Under the pieces are notes generated by a model. The model had not been told where the DNA came from and did not search any database. It saw only the letters and a program-made list of their open reading frames with translations. This document shows positions 9,983 through 21,224 of a stretch of DNA of 64,000 nucleotides, piece after piece. How positions within the stretch are numbered: position 1 is the first letter of the stretch; every line of letters starts with the position of its first letter. The position numbers and the translations under genes are program-made. This DNA is from Desulfomonilia bacterium (lineage in GTDB: Bacteria; Desulfobacterota; Desulfomonilia; UBA1062), in contig JBEKDT010000008.1 of the NCBI GenBank assembly GCA_050014195.1, forward strand, positions 149,407 to 213,406, read 5' to 3'.

Positions 9983-12889
9983 ATGGCGAACTATCACCTC
10001 ACCATAAAGCATATCTCAAGATCGACAGGACGAAGCGCTGTTTCAGCGGCAGCGTACCGGTCACGAGAGAAGCTCTATGATGAACGGCAAGGCATAACAT
10101 TCGACTATACAAAGAAGAAAGACCTTGCCCATGCAGAAATAATCCTCCCGGAAAACGCTCCGGAGAGATGGAAAGACCGGGAGACCCTCTGGAACGAAGT
10201 GGAGAGATCGGAAAAGAGAAAAGACTCCCGGCTTTCACGGGAAGTTGAAGTAGCCCTTCCCAAAGAACTGAACCTCGAACAGCAGATTGCACTGGTACGG
10301 GAATATGTACAGACCCAGTTCGTGGATAAGGGAATGGCAGCCGATATCTGCATTCATGAAAAAGAAAAGAACCCCCATGCCCATATCATGCTTACCCTGA
10401 GAGAGATTTCAGAAGAAGGTTTTGGCAAAAAAGTGAGATCCTGGGATGATAAAATCAATATCTATACCTGGAGAGAACAATGGGCCGTCGTCCAGAACCG
10501 GCACCTGCTTCAAGCTGGTTATGACATTCAGGTTGACCACAGAAGCTTTGTAGATAGGGACATAGATCTTGAACCACAAATTAAAATCGGGATAGCAGCG
10601 AAATACCTACCCAAGGGATACCTCCACCTGCAAGACACACGAGGACTTGAACGCCTGGAAGAGTACCAGAGGATATGCCGGGAAAACGGAGACCGGATCA
10701 TCAACGATCCCGGGAAGGCCCTCAAACATGTGGGACACTATGATGCAGTATTCAAACGGGAAGACATCATGGACTTTGCCTTCCGGCACAGCGCTGATGC
10801 AGATCAGTTCAACCGTGTTTTCTCTGCCCTTGAGAACTGCCAAGAGCTTGTCAGGGTCGGGAAAAACGAGAAGGGAGAAGACCTGTTCTGTACTCGCACC
10901 ATGCTGATGAACGAGAAGACCATGCTCAATAATGCGAGAGCAATGAAATCTTCAGAAGGTCATATCCTTGAGAAGGATATTATCAACCAGATAGCCAAGA
11001 ATTACACCATGAGTCAGGAACAGGAGAAAGCATTCAGAAACATGGTAGAGAGTGGAGATATCTCCGTCATGATCGGTCGTGCAGGAACAGGGAAAAGCTA
11101 TACCCTCGGTGCAGTTAGGGAAGCCTATGAAGCAGGAGGATACCGGGTAAGAGGCCTTGCGCTTTCAGGCATCGCAGCAGAAAGCCTCCAGAATGAAAGC
11201 GGCATAGAAAGCACAACCATCTTCAGACAATTGGAGGACTGGGAAAATGAGAGAAATGTACTCAGCAAAGACCAGATCCTGGTGATCGATGAAGCAGGTA
11301 TGGTCGGCACCCGTCAGATGCATAAGATCTTAGAACACGCTCATGAAGCAGGAGCAAAAGTGATCCTGGTGGGAGACAATGAACAGCTCCAGTCAATCGA
11401 AGCCGGAGGATCGTTCCGAGGCATCATCCAGAGGACAGGGTACGTGGAACTTGCCGAAGTAAGAAGACAGCATGTTGAATGGCAGAAACAAGCAACCGTA
11501 GAATTTTCCGGCAACAGTGAACAGGCGGAGAAAGCCTTAAGAATGTACCATCACCACGGACATATTCATGAACTCCAAACAAGACAAGAGGCAAAGGATC
11601 AGATGCTTGAAGAATGGGCTAATCTCCAGTTGAAACAGAAAAACCAAATGAGCCTTATGATGGCTTACACGAATAGGGATGTGAATGAATTGAACCAGGG
11701 GGCGAGAGAACACAGGAAAACTCATGGAGAACTTCGAGGGTACGAACATACCTTCATGACCGAAAAAGGAGAGAGGCATTTCTGTGCAGGAGATAGAATC
11801 ATATTCCTGCGTAATGAGCATTCTCTCGGAGTAAGAAATGGTTCTCTCGGAACCGTTGAAAACATCAATCGGACAGCCATGACCGTCAAACTCGATAAGG
11901 GCGACAGGGTCGCCATCGATACGAGCATGTACAAAGATTTTGACCACGGTTATGCAGCCACCGTGCATAAAACTCAAGGCTCAACTCTGGACCAAACCTT
12001 TGTTCTCGGCTCACGGCATTTTGATAAACATACTGCCTACGTTGCCATGAGTAGGCATAGAGAGAATGTGACCATGTACTATGCAAAGGAGGATATCAAA
12101 AACTTTGAGGACCTGCAGAAAGTCATGGGGAGAGAGCGACCAAAGATCCTGGTTGTGGACTATGGGCTGCCCAGAGGAATTGAGGTGGATAACAGAGTTA
12201 TCGAAGCCGAGAGATTTCTGACTCATGAGGAGAGACGCATCCAGGAACAGGAACGGCAACGGCCAAGGGATGAAGAGAAATATGTCGCGCAAATGAAAGA
12301 GAAGGGAATCCAGGTAGAATTCCCAAAGGATAAAACTGTTGAAGGGTATTATATTGGGATTCAGGAGGTCTCTGGCAGAAAGTACGCCATGATCGATACC
12401 CATGCCGTTACCGCAAAAGGAACCCGTTACATGGTGCCTTATGACTGTGACGAGCGGAAGGATGCAGTAATGAAATTCCGCCGCGTGGAATATGACGGTC
12501 AGAAGATTGAAGAGATGTGGAAGAAGGATTTAGAAAAGGAGAGACAGCAAAAGCTCGCTCAACAAAATCGAGAACTGAAACACGAAAGAGAGCTCAATGC
12601 GTCAGAGATCCTCTACTGCCAGCAGATGAAGGACCGGGGCCTCCAAGCAGAATTTATAAATGAAAGATCAGTGGAAGGGTACTTTACCAAAATAGAAACG
12701 ATTGGCGAGAACAAGTTTGCTGTGATCGAGAATAAAGGAACTCGGTATATGGTGCCCTACAATAACGAATATGATCATATGCAGATGCACCGCTATGTAG
12801 CCTATAACGGACAAAATATGTCTCCTGCCAAACCGAAGAGCCCTGACCTTGCTCAAGATATCGGCAAAGGCCTGGGGCGTGAGAGATAG
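9983..12889 (+). CDS. traA: Ti-type conjugative relaxase-helicase (MobA/MobL + RecD-like)
   Basis: MANYHL…SAVSAAAYRS, NPHAHIMLT, Walker A GRAGTGKS, IDEAGMV, YAATVHKTQG. Confidence 0.93.
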   Translation: MANYHLTIKHISRSTGRSAVSAAAYRSREKLYDERQGITFDYTKKKDLAHAEIILPENAPERWKDRETLWNEVERSEKRKDSRLSREVEVALPKELNLEQQIALVREYVQTQFVDKGMAADICIHEKEKNPHAHIMLTLREISEEGFGKKVRSWDDKINIYTWREQWAVVQNRHLLQAGYDIQVDHRSFVDRDIDLEPQIKIGIAAKYLPKGYLHLQDTRGLERLEEYQRICRENGDRIINDPGKALKHVGHYDAVFKREDIMDFAFRHSADADQFNRVFSALENCQELVRVGKNEKGEDLFCTRTMLMNEKTMLNNARAMKSSEGHILEKDIINQIAKNYTMSQEQEKAFRNMVESGDISVMIGRAGTGKSYTLGAVREAYEAGGYRVRGLALSGIAAESLQNESGIESTTIFRQLEDWENERNVLSKDQILVIDEAGMVGTRQMHKILEHAHEAGAKVILVGDNEQLQSIEAGGSFRGIIQRTGYVELAEVRRQHVEWQKQATVEFSGNSEQAEKALRMYHHHGHIHELQTRQEAKDQMLEEWANLQLKQKNQMSLMMAYTNRDVNELNQGAREHRKTHGELRGYEHTFMTEKGERHFCAGDRIIFLRNEHSLGVRNGSLGTVENINRTAMTVKLDKGDRVAIDTSMYKDFDHGYAATVHKTQGSTLDQTFVLGSRHFDKHTAYVAMSRHRENVTMYYAKEDIKNFEDLQKVMGRERPKILVVDYGLPRGIEVDNRVIEAERFLTHEERRIQEQERQRPRDEEKYVAQMKEKGIQVEFPKDKTVEGYYIGIQEVSGRKYAMIDTHAVTAKGTRYMVPYDCDERKDAVMKFRRVEYDGQKIEEMWKKDLEKERQQKLAQQNRELKHERELNASEILYCQQMKDRGLQAEFINERSVEGYFTKIETIGENKFAVIENKGTRYMVPYNNEYDHMQMHRYVAYNGQNMSPAKPKSPDLAQDIGKGLGRER

Positions 12890-13120
12890 AAAACCTCGGA
12901 AGATACGATCTTATCTTACAGCTATGATCTGCTGATGATACCTTTAAAACAACCTGACTTTCGCTATCCTCACGCTATATGTACCTTCTGAGAGAATAAA
13001 CTTGTATAACGATATATGGAATCTGGGATCGAATAGCTTTGTATATAAATCTCTTTTGAGAACCTCGAATATTTAGAATACCTTGGATTCACCAGTTATC
13101 GAAGAGATCAACGGTATCAG

Positions 13121-13311
13121 AAAATCCTTAATGACCCCACTTCTCGCAGGATAGGTACGGCGGAAAAGGAGATCAGGAGCAACGTTACGGATAATGAATA
13201 CGCAAAAAAGATGACTTCTAACAAGAGCATTCATGCCTACAATGCACAGTATTCGATGGACTCCCGGCATCTGGTAATTGTGCATGCCAAGGCATGCGAG
13301 AACGGGCAGTG
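13121..13311 (+). pseudogene. IS1182-like transposase remnant
   Basis: Manual translation …KEIRSNVTDNEYAKKMTSNKSIHAYNAQYSMDSRHLVIVHA…NGQ* resembles the IS1182 SNxTDxESA/GYNAQ region; no start, early stop. Confidence 0.55.
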
Positions 13312-13548
13312 ACCATACTTTTCCCCGCGTAAATTTTTCCTGCCAGGGCATTATGGGTATTGAAGCACATTGATAAATTAGAAATGTATCTTGACATTAA
13401 TGAAGAGGATATTATTATGGAAAATAATACATATTTTATGTAATTTAATAGCCCCCTTTAAAACTTAATAAGTGTTAATCCTTTAGCTAAGTATAGCTAT
13501 GTGCAATTTTGCACCTGCTGAGTTTGTATGAGATAACTTATTGGGGGG

Positions 13549-16500
13549 GTGTATATGCTTCGCAGAGGTCAGGTATTTGGACTAATCGGCACTGTTCTTC
13601 TCTCAATATTCCTCGCCATCGGGCTTTTTGCCACGGGAGCAAATCAATTAGCAGGATATACACCGGGCTCTTTCCAGGTGAACGAGCTCAATGGAGCTGC
13701 AGAATATACTATCCCCATCAAGACTCCTGTTGGGATCAAGGGCATTGAGCCTCACTTAAGCCTGAAATACAGCAGCCAGTCCGGCAACGGCCTCCTCGGA
13801 CTGGGGTGGTATCTGACAGGCATCCCTGTTATCACGAGAAGATCTACGGTAAACATGAGAGACGGAATCACCCATTCAGTCAGTTATGATACAAACGACC
13901 GGTTCGCCATCAACGGCAACACCCTCATCTGCGTCTCAGGCACCTATGGGCAGGACGGTTCGGTTTACCGCACCGAGCGGGATGAGTTCTCAAAGATCAT
14001 CTCTTATGGCACTGCAGGTGTAGGCCCTTCTTACTTTAAGGTATGGACGAAAGACGGCATGATCATGGAATTCGGCAACACCACAGACTCCAAGGTCTTG
14101 GCCGTTGGTCGCTCAGATGTTGCAGTATGGCCCATGAACAAGATCCAGGACCGATGCGGCAACTACATGACAGTAAGTTATTCAGGGAATTCATCCGGAG
14201 AATATTACACCAGCTGTATCAATTATGCATATTCACCTACTGCAAGATGCTCCGTGGTGTTCCAATATGAAACACGGCAAGACAGTATGCTTTCATATGC
14301 CAATTCTTCCCTCGTGAATATGACCGACCGCCTCCATGCAATCCAGACATATGTCGGTACCCAGATGATATCGAACTACCAGCTTGGTTACCAATATGGC
14401 GGAGTCGCACAGAGAAGCAGGCTTATAAGCATCACGGAATACGATGGTAGTGGGAATAGCCTGCCGCCGACTACATTCACATACAATACAAACGTACTAG
14501 GATTTCAGCCGCAAATATTTGATGGTATCCCTTCCCATAATTACACTCTATCCAGTGCCCTGATAGGGGACTTTACCGGCAAAGGAAAGGCACAGCTCAT
14601 AATCAGAATAAATAATATTCCCTTAGGAACATGTGATACATTCGTTTGTGTCGATGGTAAATGGAATAAATGGGCTACGGATAGCTGGCAGAATAATCCG
14701 AATTCTCAATATGCTCAATTCTTTGTTGGGGATTTTAACGGTGATGGGCTGACGGACATGCTTGTCATAGATAACAATGGGAATGCCTGGGTCTACCTAT
14801 CAAATGGTAACGGGTTTAACGGGCCCTATCAATGGAGCACCGACGGGAAGATATTGCAGAATCCCAGCAGCGGAAATATGATCACCCGTACCGCGGATTT
14901 CAATGGCGATGGGATGACCGACATCGTCTCGGTAGATAAAGTGAATAAGAAGACCTATGTCTGGACCTCGAACGGGAGTGGTTTTGACTTTCATCCGGAT
15001 TGGTTTCCTGGGGATAATCCAGGAAATTATTCTAACTTTGATATAGGTGATTTCAATGGTGATGGGATGACGGATATTATTGTTGTCCAACAAAACCCGG
15101 TAGTATGGTTTTCCACAGGAACTGGATTCAACTATCAACCAAACTATGGCAATTTAGGTCAATACGCTAATAACGGCTGGATGATATGGGATATGAATGG
15201 TGATGGCAGAGCGGATGTTTGTTGCTTAACCAACAATAATCTGATCAACCTCTCTTCGGGATTCGGATTCCCATATTCATCTTCTTCAAACGGCCCTACC
15301 TATCATGATCAACAGGGAGATTTCAATGGTGATGGAGTACAGGATGGAATTGAAGTTGTTTCTGGCAATGTACTATGGGGTATCCCCAATAGTTATAATG
15401 TATCCATCTGGAACGGGCATGGATATGTAGATTATCAGTGGACTGTTAACGGCATTCCTATAGCAACCACAGCAATCAGTCCTGCCGATTTCACTGGCTG
15501 CGGGAAGGCTGAAGTATGTATCGAGGATGTCAATAATCGTTTTATCTTCATTGTTCCCCAAGATCCGACAAAGGAAGACATCATCACTTCCATAACCGAT
15601 GGCCTGGGAAAGGCAGTGTCCATCACCTACAAGCCCCTGACGGATTCCTCGGTATATCAGAAGAACCATGATGCCATGTATCCAATAATCAGGGACTATC
15701 GGGGGCCCATATATGTTGTTTCCGATTACACGGTCTCGAATGGCCTCGGCGGGGTGAATGCCTACACTTACAACTATACAGGTGCCCGTATCGATACTGC
15801 CCGGAGAGAGTTGCTGGGTTTCCAGAGTGCAACATTGTACGATCACCAGACCGGCCTTTATACAAGCAGTACCTATCTGCAGGGTTTCCCCTTCAGTGGC
15901 CTGCTGAAGTCCAAGTCAATTACCGATAGTAAAGGTAACATCATAAGCAGCATAGCGAATTCTTACAATGTCCAGTGCTATGACAGCGGGACTCTGACAG
16001 AGACTAAGAGCGAGGACCAAGCCACCGAATGGTTCATCTATGAGGGCCCCGATAAGCCTTCCAAAAGTTACTTCCCCTATGTATCCACAAGTGTGAAAGA
16101 TGATTATCTCCTCACTAAGTCTGCAACGCCGGTAACCATAACAGAGGAGGTCTACAGCTATCTTGATTATGGGGATCTCCAGCAAAAAGTAACGACTGTC
16201 TCAACGCTTGTCGGAAGTAATACATATGATAACTTCCAGGAAACGGATACCTACCAATATTACGCCAACGATTATGGTACGAACTGGATGATCGGCCTTG
16301 TGAGCCAGCAAACTATCCAGAGTACGAACAACCAGAATGTTACGGCTACGCGGACCACTTCTTATTCCTATGACACAACGCACCGCTTACTCACCACTGA
16401 GACTATTGAGCCCAGTGGCGACCAGACAGTGAATCTTACGCGGAGTTATGCCTATAACGATGCCTACTTTAATCTCACCCAGATCACGGAGACAGGATAC

Positions 16501-19500
16501 AATGGATCTGCAACGGAAAACCGGGTAACATCTTTCTCCTATACCTATGATCCCGTTGAATTCCACATCACAAAGACCAACCCGGCAGGGCTTGTGGAGA
16601 TCAATGACTGTGGGTGGGAGACAGGCAAGCCGACGACCTATACCGACCCCAACGGTCTTGCGACCGACTGGTACTATGATAACTTCAACAGACTTGAAGA
16701 AATAGACCGGCCCGATGGCACCAAAACCACCTTTACCTATTCCTCTGGTGGCCCGGTTACAACCGCAGCTTACAGCCTTCAGGTCCAGGAGAGCGGGAAG
16801 GCCCCGGTAACAACCTCATTCGATTTACTGGATAGGGAGATCTATCAGCAGACATTGGCCATGAACAGCCAGACGATATCCAAATACACCAACTATAACA
16901 ATCTTGGTTTGGTTGCTGCCAAATCCCGATATTATTTTTCGGGAGGAAACGCCCAGGTGACCCAATTCACCTATGATGTGCTCGGCAGGGTGATCCAGCA
17001 GAATGCCTACAACTCCGGCACCACTACCTATACATATAACCTGAACGGGTACAACAATGTTCAACTCACGAATGCACTGTCACAGACAGCGGTTCAGACT
17101 TCCAATGCCCGAGGGCAGCTGTCTCAAGTGGTCGATGCCCTAAGCAAGACGACCACTTATGCATATACACCCTTTGGGGATCTCCAGCAGATCAAAGATT
17201 CTTTAGGCAACACTACTACCCTCACATATGATATCAGGGGCAGGAGGACACAGGTAAATGATCCGGACATGGGTGCCTGGATCTATGCGTACAATGCCTT
17301 TGGAGACCTCACAAGCCAGACGGATGCTAAAGCTAACATTGTCCAGATGACCTATGATAAACTATCTCGTGTTCTAACTAAAATCTCAGGCAGTCAGAAT
17401 TATAGCTGGACATATGATACTGCCACAAACGGGAAAGGCATGCCTGCCAATGTCACCGGTCCTGCCTACCAGGAGACCTACACCTATGACAGTCTAGCCA
17501 GGCCGCAAAATGTCTCCACTACATTAAGCGGCACTACCTATACGGTGACGTCCTCTTATGATGCCTATAGCCGCTTGAGCCAGTTAACATATCCCAGTTC
17601 GGGGTCAAGCCGTTTCTCTGCGGTATACCAGTATACCGCTAATGGATACCTTCAAAAGGTGACTAGCTCTTCCGGTATAACAGTATACTGGACTGCGAAT
17701 ACACGCAATGCCCTGGGACAGGTGACGGAAGAGGCCCTTGGTAACAGCCTGGTAACCGACAATACATTTGATCCGGCAACAGGCCGTCTCACAGCCATTA
17801 CAACAGGCTCCAGTGTCCAGTCACTCTCCTATACCTATGATACCCTGGGTAACCTTCTCACACGTGAAGATAACCTCAAGAGCCTTACCGAGACCTTCAC
17901 CTATGACGTGGCCAACCGGGTTACCGGTGTGACAGGGCCCCAGAACAAGACTTATAGTTACAATGAGATCGGAAACATCCTGAACAAGTCGGACGTGGGT
18001 GCCTACACCTACGGCGGCACCAGGCCGCACGCAGTGACTGCGGCGGGCGGGGTGAATTACACCTATGACAACAACGGTAATATCATAAGCGACAGCTCAG
18101 GCCGGAATATCTCCTTCGACGGTTTCAACAGGCCGACCCAGATTACCAAGACAGGCGCCAGCGGGACGCTTGTCTATGATGCATACGACTGTCTCGTCGA
18201 GCAGATCCTTACTAAGGGCTCCACCACAACGACAACGATATACATCGGGAATCTCTTCGAGCAAGTGACAACCGGCTCCGTCACCGAATACAAAAATTAT
18301 ATTCTGGCGGAAGGCCAACAGGTAGCTACCTGTGACTACTATAAAGGTCAAGGGGATCACTATATTTTTTATCTCCATAAGGATCACCTGGGTTCAACGG
18401 ATGTGACCACGAATTCAAGCGGCGGAGTGGTTGACGGCCTGAGCTACGACCCCTTCGGAATGAGGCGTAATGCCACAACTTGGATGGACCAGGCAGGGAT
18501 CACTTGCTCTACCACGGATTACGGCTATACCGGTCACATTCAGCTCGACACCTTCGGCCTCATCCACATGGGCGCTCGCATCTACGACCCCAAGCTCGGC
18601 CGCTACATCAGCCCGGACAATGTCGTTCAGAATGTGGCGGATTCGCAGGCACTGAATAGGTACAGCTATTGTGCCAACAACCCGCTCAGATATGTTGATC
18701 CGACGGGGAACGATTTCTTGGATGATTTATATAATGGTGCCTGCGATTTATTTTCCAGTGGCTTAGATTACTTGGCCGCTGGTTTTGGAAGCCTTAATGA
18801 ATATCTCACCAGTTTAATTACACCGCAACCAACCCTTGATCTCAACTCAACCTTGGGATTGAGCTCTAATTCAGCCTCTACAAACACCTCATTCTCATCG
18901 AATTTGCAGCAGGCTTTATCGAATGCGGCCGCACAAGCAATAGACTTAGGGCTGCAAGCTGCAACTACTGCTCCTTCACCGGAGCAATCAACTCAAAATG
19001 TGGCGGCTACTACAACAATTTCTACACAGGTGATACCGCCTCCACTATTGTTGGCTGCTGCTAATACCGGCATCGCGAATGATGCAAATCCTGCAATTTA
19101 TATGAACCAAAGTGCGCAGATTGCGGAGAATCAACCAACTGGTACAATATTAGCTGATCAAGGTAGTAATTTAATAAATATAGCTGAGGGATTATTGGGG
19201 CAACCATATAGTAAATACGATTGTTCACACCTTGTCTGGGCAGTAATTAACATGGCAGGTTATTATTTTCCATATACACAGACTACTAATCTACCCAACA
19301 GTGGTCTAATAGATAAAATAGATCCGAGTCAAGCACAAATAGGGGATATAGAACTTTTTAGACATGCAGATGGAACGCCATATCACGAGGGATTCTACAA
19401 TCCAAATTCTACCGCAATAGGATGGCAAGATAATGAGCAGTATCCTGCCACTTTATTACAGTCAAGCGCTAAAAGAGGTGTCTCCTATTCTCCTGATATA

Positions 19501-19551
19501 TGGTATGGAACACCAGAATACTATAGGTTGAAAGTACCGGATCAGCCCTAA
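13549..19551 (+). CDS. SpvB/FG-GAP/YD-repeat Rhs toxin (TcB-TcC-like fusion) with NlpC/P60-like C-terminus
   Basis: Hydrophobic N-terminal signal; GAAEYTIPI…LSLKYSSQSGNG.LGLGW; GDFNGDG repeats; YD repeats; DHLGS, ARIYDP, NNPLRYVDPTG; tip with YDCSHLV…GDIELF…HEGFY. Confidence 0.88.
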   Translation: MYMLRRGQVFGLIGTVLLSIFLAIGLFATGANQLAGYTPGSFQVNELNGAAEYTIPIKTPVGIKGIEPHLSLKYSSQSGNGLLGLGWYLTGIPVITRRSTVNMRDGITHSVSYDTNDRFAINGNTLICVSGTYGQDGSVYRTERDEFSKIISYGTAGVGPSYFKVWTKDGMIMEFGNTTDSKVLAVGRSDVAVWPMNKIQDRCGNYMTVSYSGNSSGEYYTSCINYAYSPTARCSVVFQYETRQDSMLSYANSSLVNMTDRLHAIQTYVGTQMISNYQLGYQYGGVAQRSRLISITEYDGSGNSLPPTTFTYNTNVLGFQPQIFDGIPSHNYTLSSALIGDFTGKGKAQLIIRINNIPLGTCDTFVCVDGKWNKWATDSWQNNPNSQYAQFFVGDFNGDGLTDMLVIDNNGNAWVYLSNGNGFNGPYQWSTDGKILQNPSSGNMITRTADFNGDGMTDIVSVDKVNKKTYVWTSNGSGFDFHPDWFPGDNPGNYSNFDIGDFNGDGMTDIIVVQQNPVVWFSTGTGFNYQPNYGNLGQYANNGWMIWDMNGDGRADVCCLTNNNLINLSSGFGFPYSSSSNGPTYHDQQGDFNGDGVQDGIEVVSGNVLWGIPNSYNVSIWNGHGYVDYQWTVNGIPIATTAISPADFTGCGKAEVCIEDVNNRFIFIVPQDPTKEDIITSITDGLGKAVSITYKPLTDSSVYQKNHDAMYPIIRDYRGPIYVVSDYTVSNGLGGVNAYTYNYTGARIDTARRELLGFQSATLYDHQTGLYTSSTYLQGFPFSGLLKSKSITDSKGNIISSIANSYNVQCYDSGTLTETKSEDQATEWFIYEGPDKPSKSYFPYVSTSVKDDYLLTKSATPVTITEEVYSYLDYGDLQQKVTTVSTLVGSNTYDNFQETDTYQYYANDYGTNWMIGLVSQQTIQSTNNQNVTATRTTSYSYDTTHRLLTTETIEPSGDQTVNLTRSYAYNDAYFNLTQITETGYNGSATENRVTSFSYTYDPVEFHITKTNPAGLVEINDCGWETGKPTTYTDPNGLATDWYYDNFNRLEEIDRPDGTKTTFTYSSGGPVTTAAYSLQVQESGKAPVTTSFDLLDREIYQQTLAMNSQTISKYTNYNNLGLVAAKSRYYFSGGNAQVTQFTYDVLGRVIQQNAYNSGTTTYTYNLNGYNNVQLTNALSQTAVQTSNARGQLSQVVDALSKTTTYAYTPFGDLQQIKDSLGNTTTLTYDIRGRRTQVNDPDMGAWIYAYNAFGDLTSQTDAKANIVQMTYDKLSRVLTKISGSQNYSWTYDTATNGKGMPANVTGPAYQETYTYDSLARPQNVSTTLSGTTYTVTSSYDAYSRLSQLTYPSSGSSRFSAVYQYTANGYLQKVTSSSGITVYWTANTRNALGQVTEEALGNSLVTDNTFDPATGRLTAITTGSSVQSLSYTYDTLGNLLTREDNLKSLTETFTYDVANRVTGVTGPQNKTYSYNEIGNILNKSDVGAYTYGGTRPHAVTAAGGVNYTYDNNGNIISDSSGRNISFDGFNRPTQITKTGASGTLVYDAYDCLVEQILTKGSTTTTTIYIGNLFEQVTTGSVTEYKNYILAEGQQVATCDYYKGQGDHYIFYLHKDHLGSTDVTTNSSGGVVDGLSYDPFGMRRNATTWMDQAGITCSTTDYGYTGHIQLDTFGLIHMGARIYDPKLGRYISPDNVVQNVADSQALNRYSYCANNPLRYVDPTGNDFLDDLYNGACDLFSSGLDYLAAGFGSLNEYLTSLITPQPTLDLNSTLGLSSNSASTNTSFSSNLQQALSNAAAQAIDLGLQAATTAPSPEQSTQNVAATTTISTQVIPPPLLLAAANTGIANDANPAIYMNQSAQIAENQPTGTILADQGSNLINIAEGLLGQPYSKYDCSHLVWAVINMAGYYFPYTQTTNLPNSGLIDKIDPSQAQIGDIELFRHADGTPYHEGFYNPNSTAIGWQDNEQYPATLLQSSAKRGVSYSPDIWYGTPEYYRLKVPDQP

Positions 19552-19588
19552 ATAATTTGTAATTACTTTAGATAAGGAGAACTAAGCC

Positions 19589-20188
19589 ATGTATAAATTT
19601 AATTTTAATAGTCTATTAAGGACTGTAGTCTATTTGATTGTATTTGTTTTTTATACGCATGGAATACCTTTGTGGGGATCTACATCTCCATCAGATATTG
19701 TTAGTAAATATTGTAAGCTTGATTATAATGGGGAAAGAACACCAATTGGGGATATTAATAAAATGGATGACTATATGAAGGATGGTAAAGATTATGATGA
19801 GCCAGGGTGGGATAGGTTTATAATAGTCTCTGAATATAAAGTATTAGAGGAAAATTATAATGGGGATGGAACTGTTACTATTCCTGTAGAGTACACAATA
19901 TTAGCCACTTTGAATAGTTCTCCACAACTCGTTTTGGAACAAAAAAAGAATATCAAAGTTGAAAACATTACATTAGTTAAAGTGAACGATACATGGAAGA
20001 TCAAGAAATATATCATTTTCCCAAGGATCTCACCAGGCAGCGCTATTAAGCTGGTAAATGGATGGTGTAATGAAATTAAGAATAAGAGCATATATCAAGG
20101 AGAAAAGCTCGATAATAAAAGAAAAAATGATCTATTATATAACCTGAATGATATGATTAAAAAAATTAATAGACTTGATAGTAATTAA
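19589..20188 (+). CDS. Putative periplasmic immunity protein
   Basis: Directly downstream of toxin, strong RBS, AT-rich, N-terminal hydrophobic segment. Confidence 0.65.
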   Translation: MYKFNFNSLLRTVVYLIVFVFYTHGIPLWGSTSPSDIVSKYCKLDYNGERTPIGDINKMDDYMKDGKDYDEPGWDRFIIVSEYKVLEENYNGDGTVTIPVEYTILATLNSSPQLVLEQKKNIKVENITLVKVNDTWKIKKYIIFPRISPGSAIKLVNGWCNEIKNKSIYQGEKLDNKRKNDLLYNLNDMIKKINRLDSN

Positions 20189-20928
20189 CCCAACAACAAA
20201 AAAACTAGCCTTAGCCTGTCATGTTCCGCCCCGGACGTGCACGGCCCGCTGTCATGCAAGCTGCTTTCTTTTTACATAACGCAGCATGATTATCCGCTCT
20301 TGTCCCTTCGTTATGTCCCGTGCAGCTCAGGGGGAGCATCTTAAGCAGGCCAGCATGGGCAATGCCGCAGTTCCAATTGCCGCTAACCCGCGTTATGCAA
20401 AAGGCCTCACCTTCCTCGCCAGCGGGCCACAAAACTCGTAGCAAGACAATCTTAAAGTCCTTCAGTTGTCGATCTCCTGTTGGAAGTCTGTACGTGATGA
20501 TGGGGAAGCCTTATTGTATGCACTCGGAATACTCACACACCCAACGCAATGGTTGCAAGAATGGTAAATCTCTTTTCTCAGTAAAAGATTTATTTCATCA
20601 ACAGTGAATATAGCTTTATAAGATTTCAATAACCCTTGGCGTCTAGGAAAGTGCATATAAGCACATGAATCATAAATGTGAGTATTGCGTGAGTATCGAT
20701 AGCTGTAATGGATGATAGCTTTTTTGATCTCACAAAAGTTATGGTCTGTAAAACATATCTACTAAAGATTCCAGCCTCATCTTGGGATGAAGATCCTCAC
20801 TATATGCACTTTGTCTGATGCCAAATTTGTATAGAGCGCGCATGGAGGTTTTCGTGCATTGACAAAACTCACTTGTCTAGATCTCTGGTTAGTCATTATT
20901 GAAGATTACAGCAAATATGCAGGTGAGT

Positions 20929-21058
20929 AAAAAAGACCGGACCGCATTGACACAGCCCGGTATAAAAAGAAGGTTATAGCCCTTACCTGGCAATGATGAA
21001 GGATACCGAGAAGGGCTTAACTGATATCCATTTATAAGGACCATCTTAAGGAATGCAA
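20929..21058 (-). ncRNA. Candidate sRNA A with its promoter
   Basis: TTGCAT…TATAAA promoter-like, AGCCCUU/AAGGGCU hairpin, AACCUUCUUUUU linker, terminator ACCGGGCUG/CGGUCCGGU + U6. Confidence 0.55.
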
Positions 21059-21141
21059 ACTGCGGGGTTTGAGGCTGAACCGGCTTTTGACTTAACTCAT
21101 CTAAAAATTAGTATTATAACCTTTCTTAACTTTTATCTAGA

Positions 21142-21172
21142 AGGCCGGTCATGTTAGGTTTGGACCGGCCTT
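21142..21172 (+). terminator. Hairpin terminator (possible end of short + strand sRNA)
   Basis: aggccggtc…gaccggcct followed by T residues; TTGACT/TAGTAT promoter-like pair at 21087-21114. Confidence 0.5.
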
Positions 21173-21224
21173 TGTATTAATAGCCCTGAAAAGTCTCCAT
21201 AAATTGGCCCATAATGACTACCAC

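Noticed and set aside
14720-15500. Repeated gatttcaatggtgatgg motifs as a possible CRISPR or DNA repeat
   Set aside because: They encode FG-GAP GDFNGDG protein repeats; spacing is irregular
20272-20400. attC-like ends (acataac…gttatgt / gttatgc) after the immunity gene
   Set aside because: Single occurrence, no convincing internal L boxes, no integron integrase or cassette array
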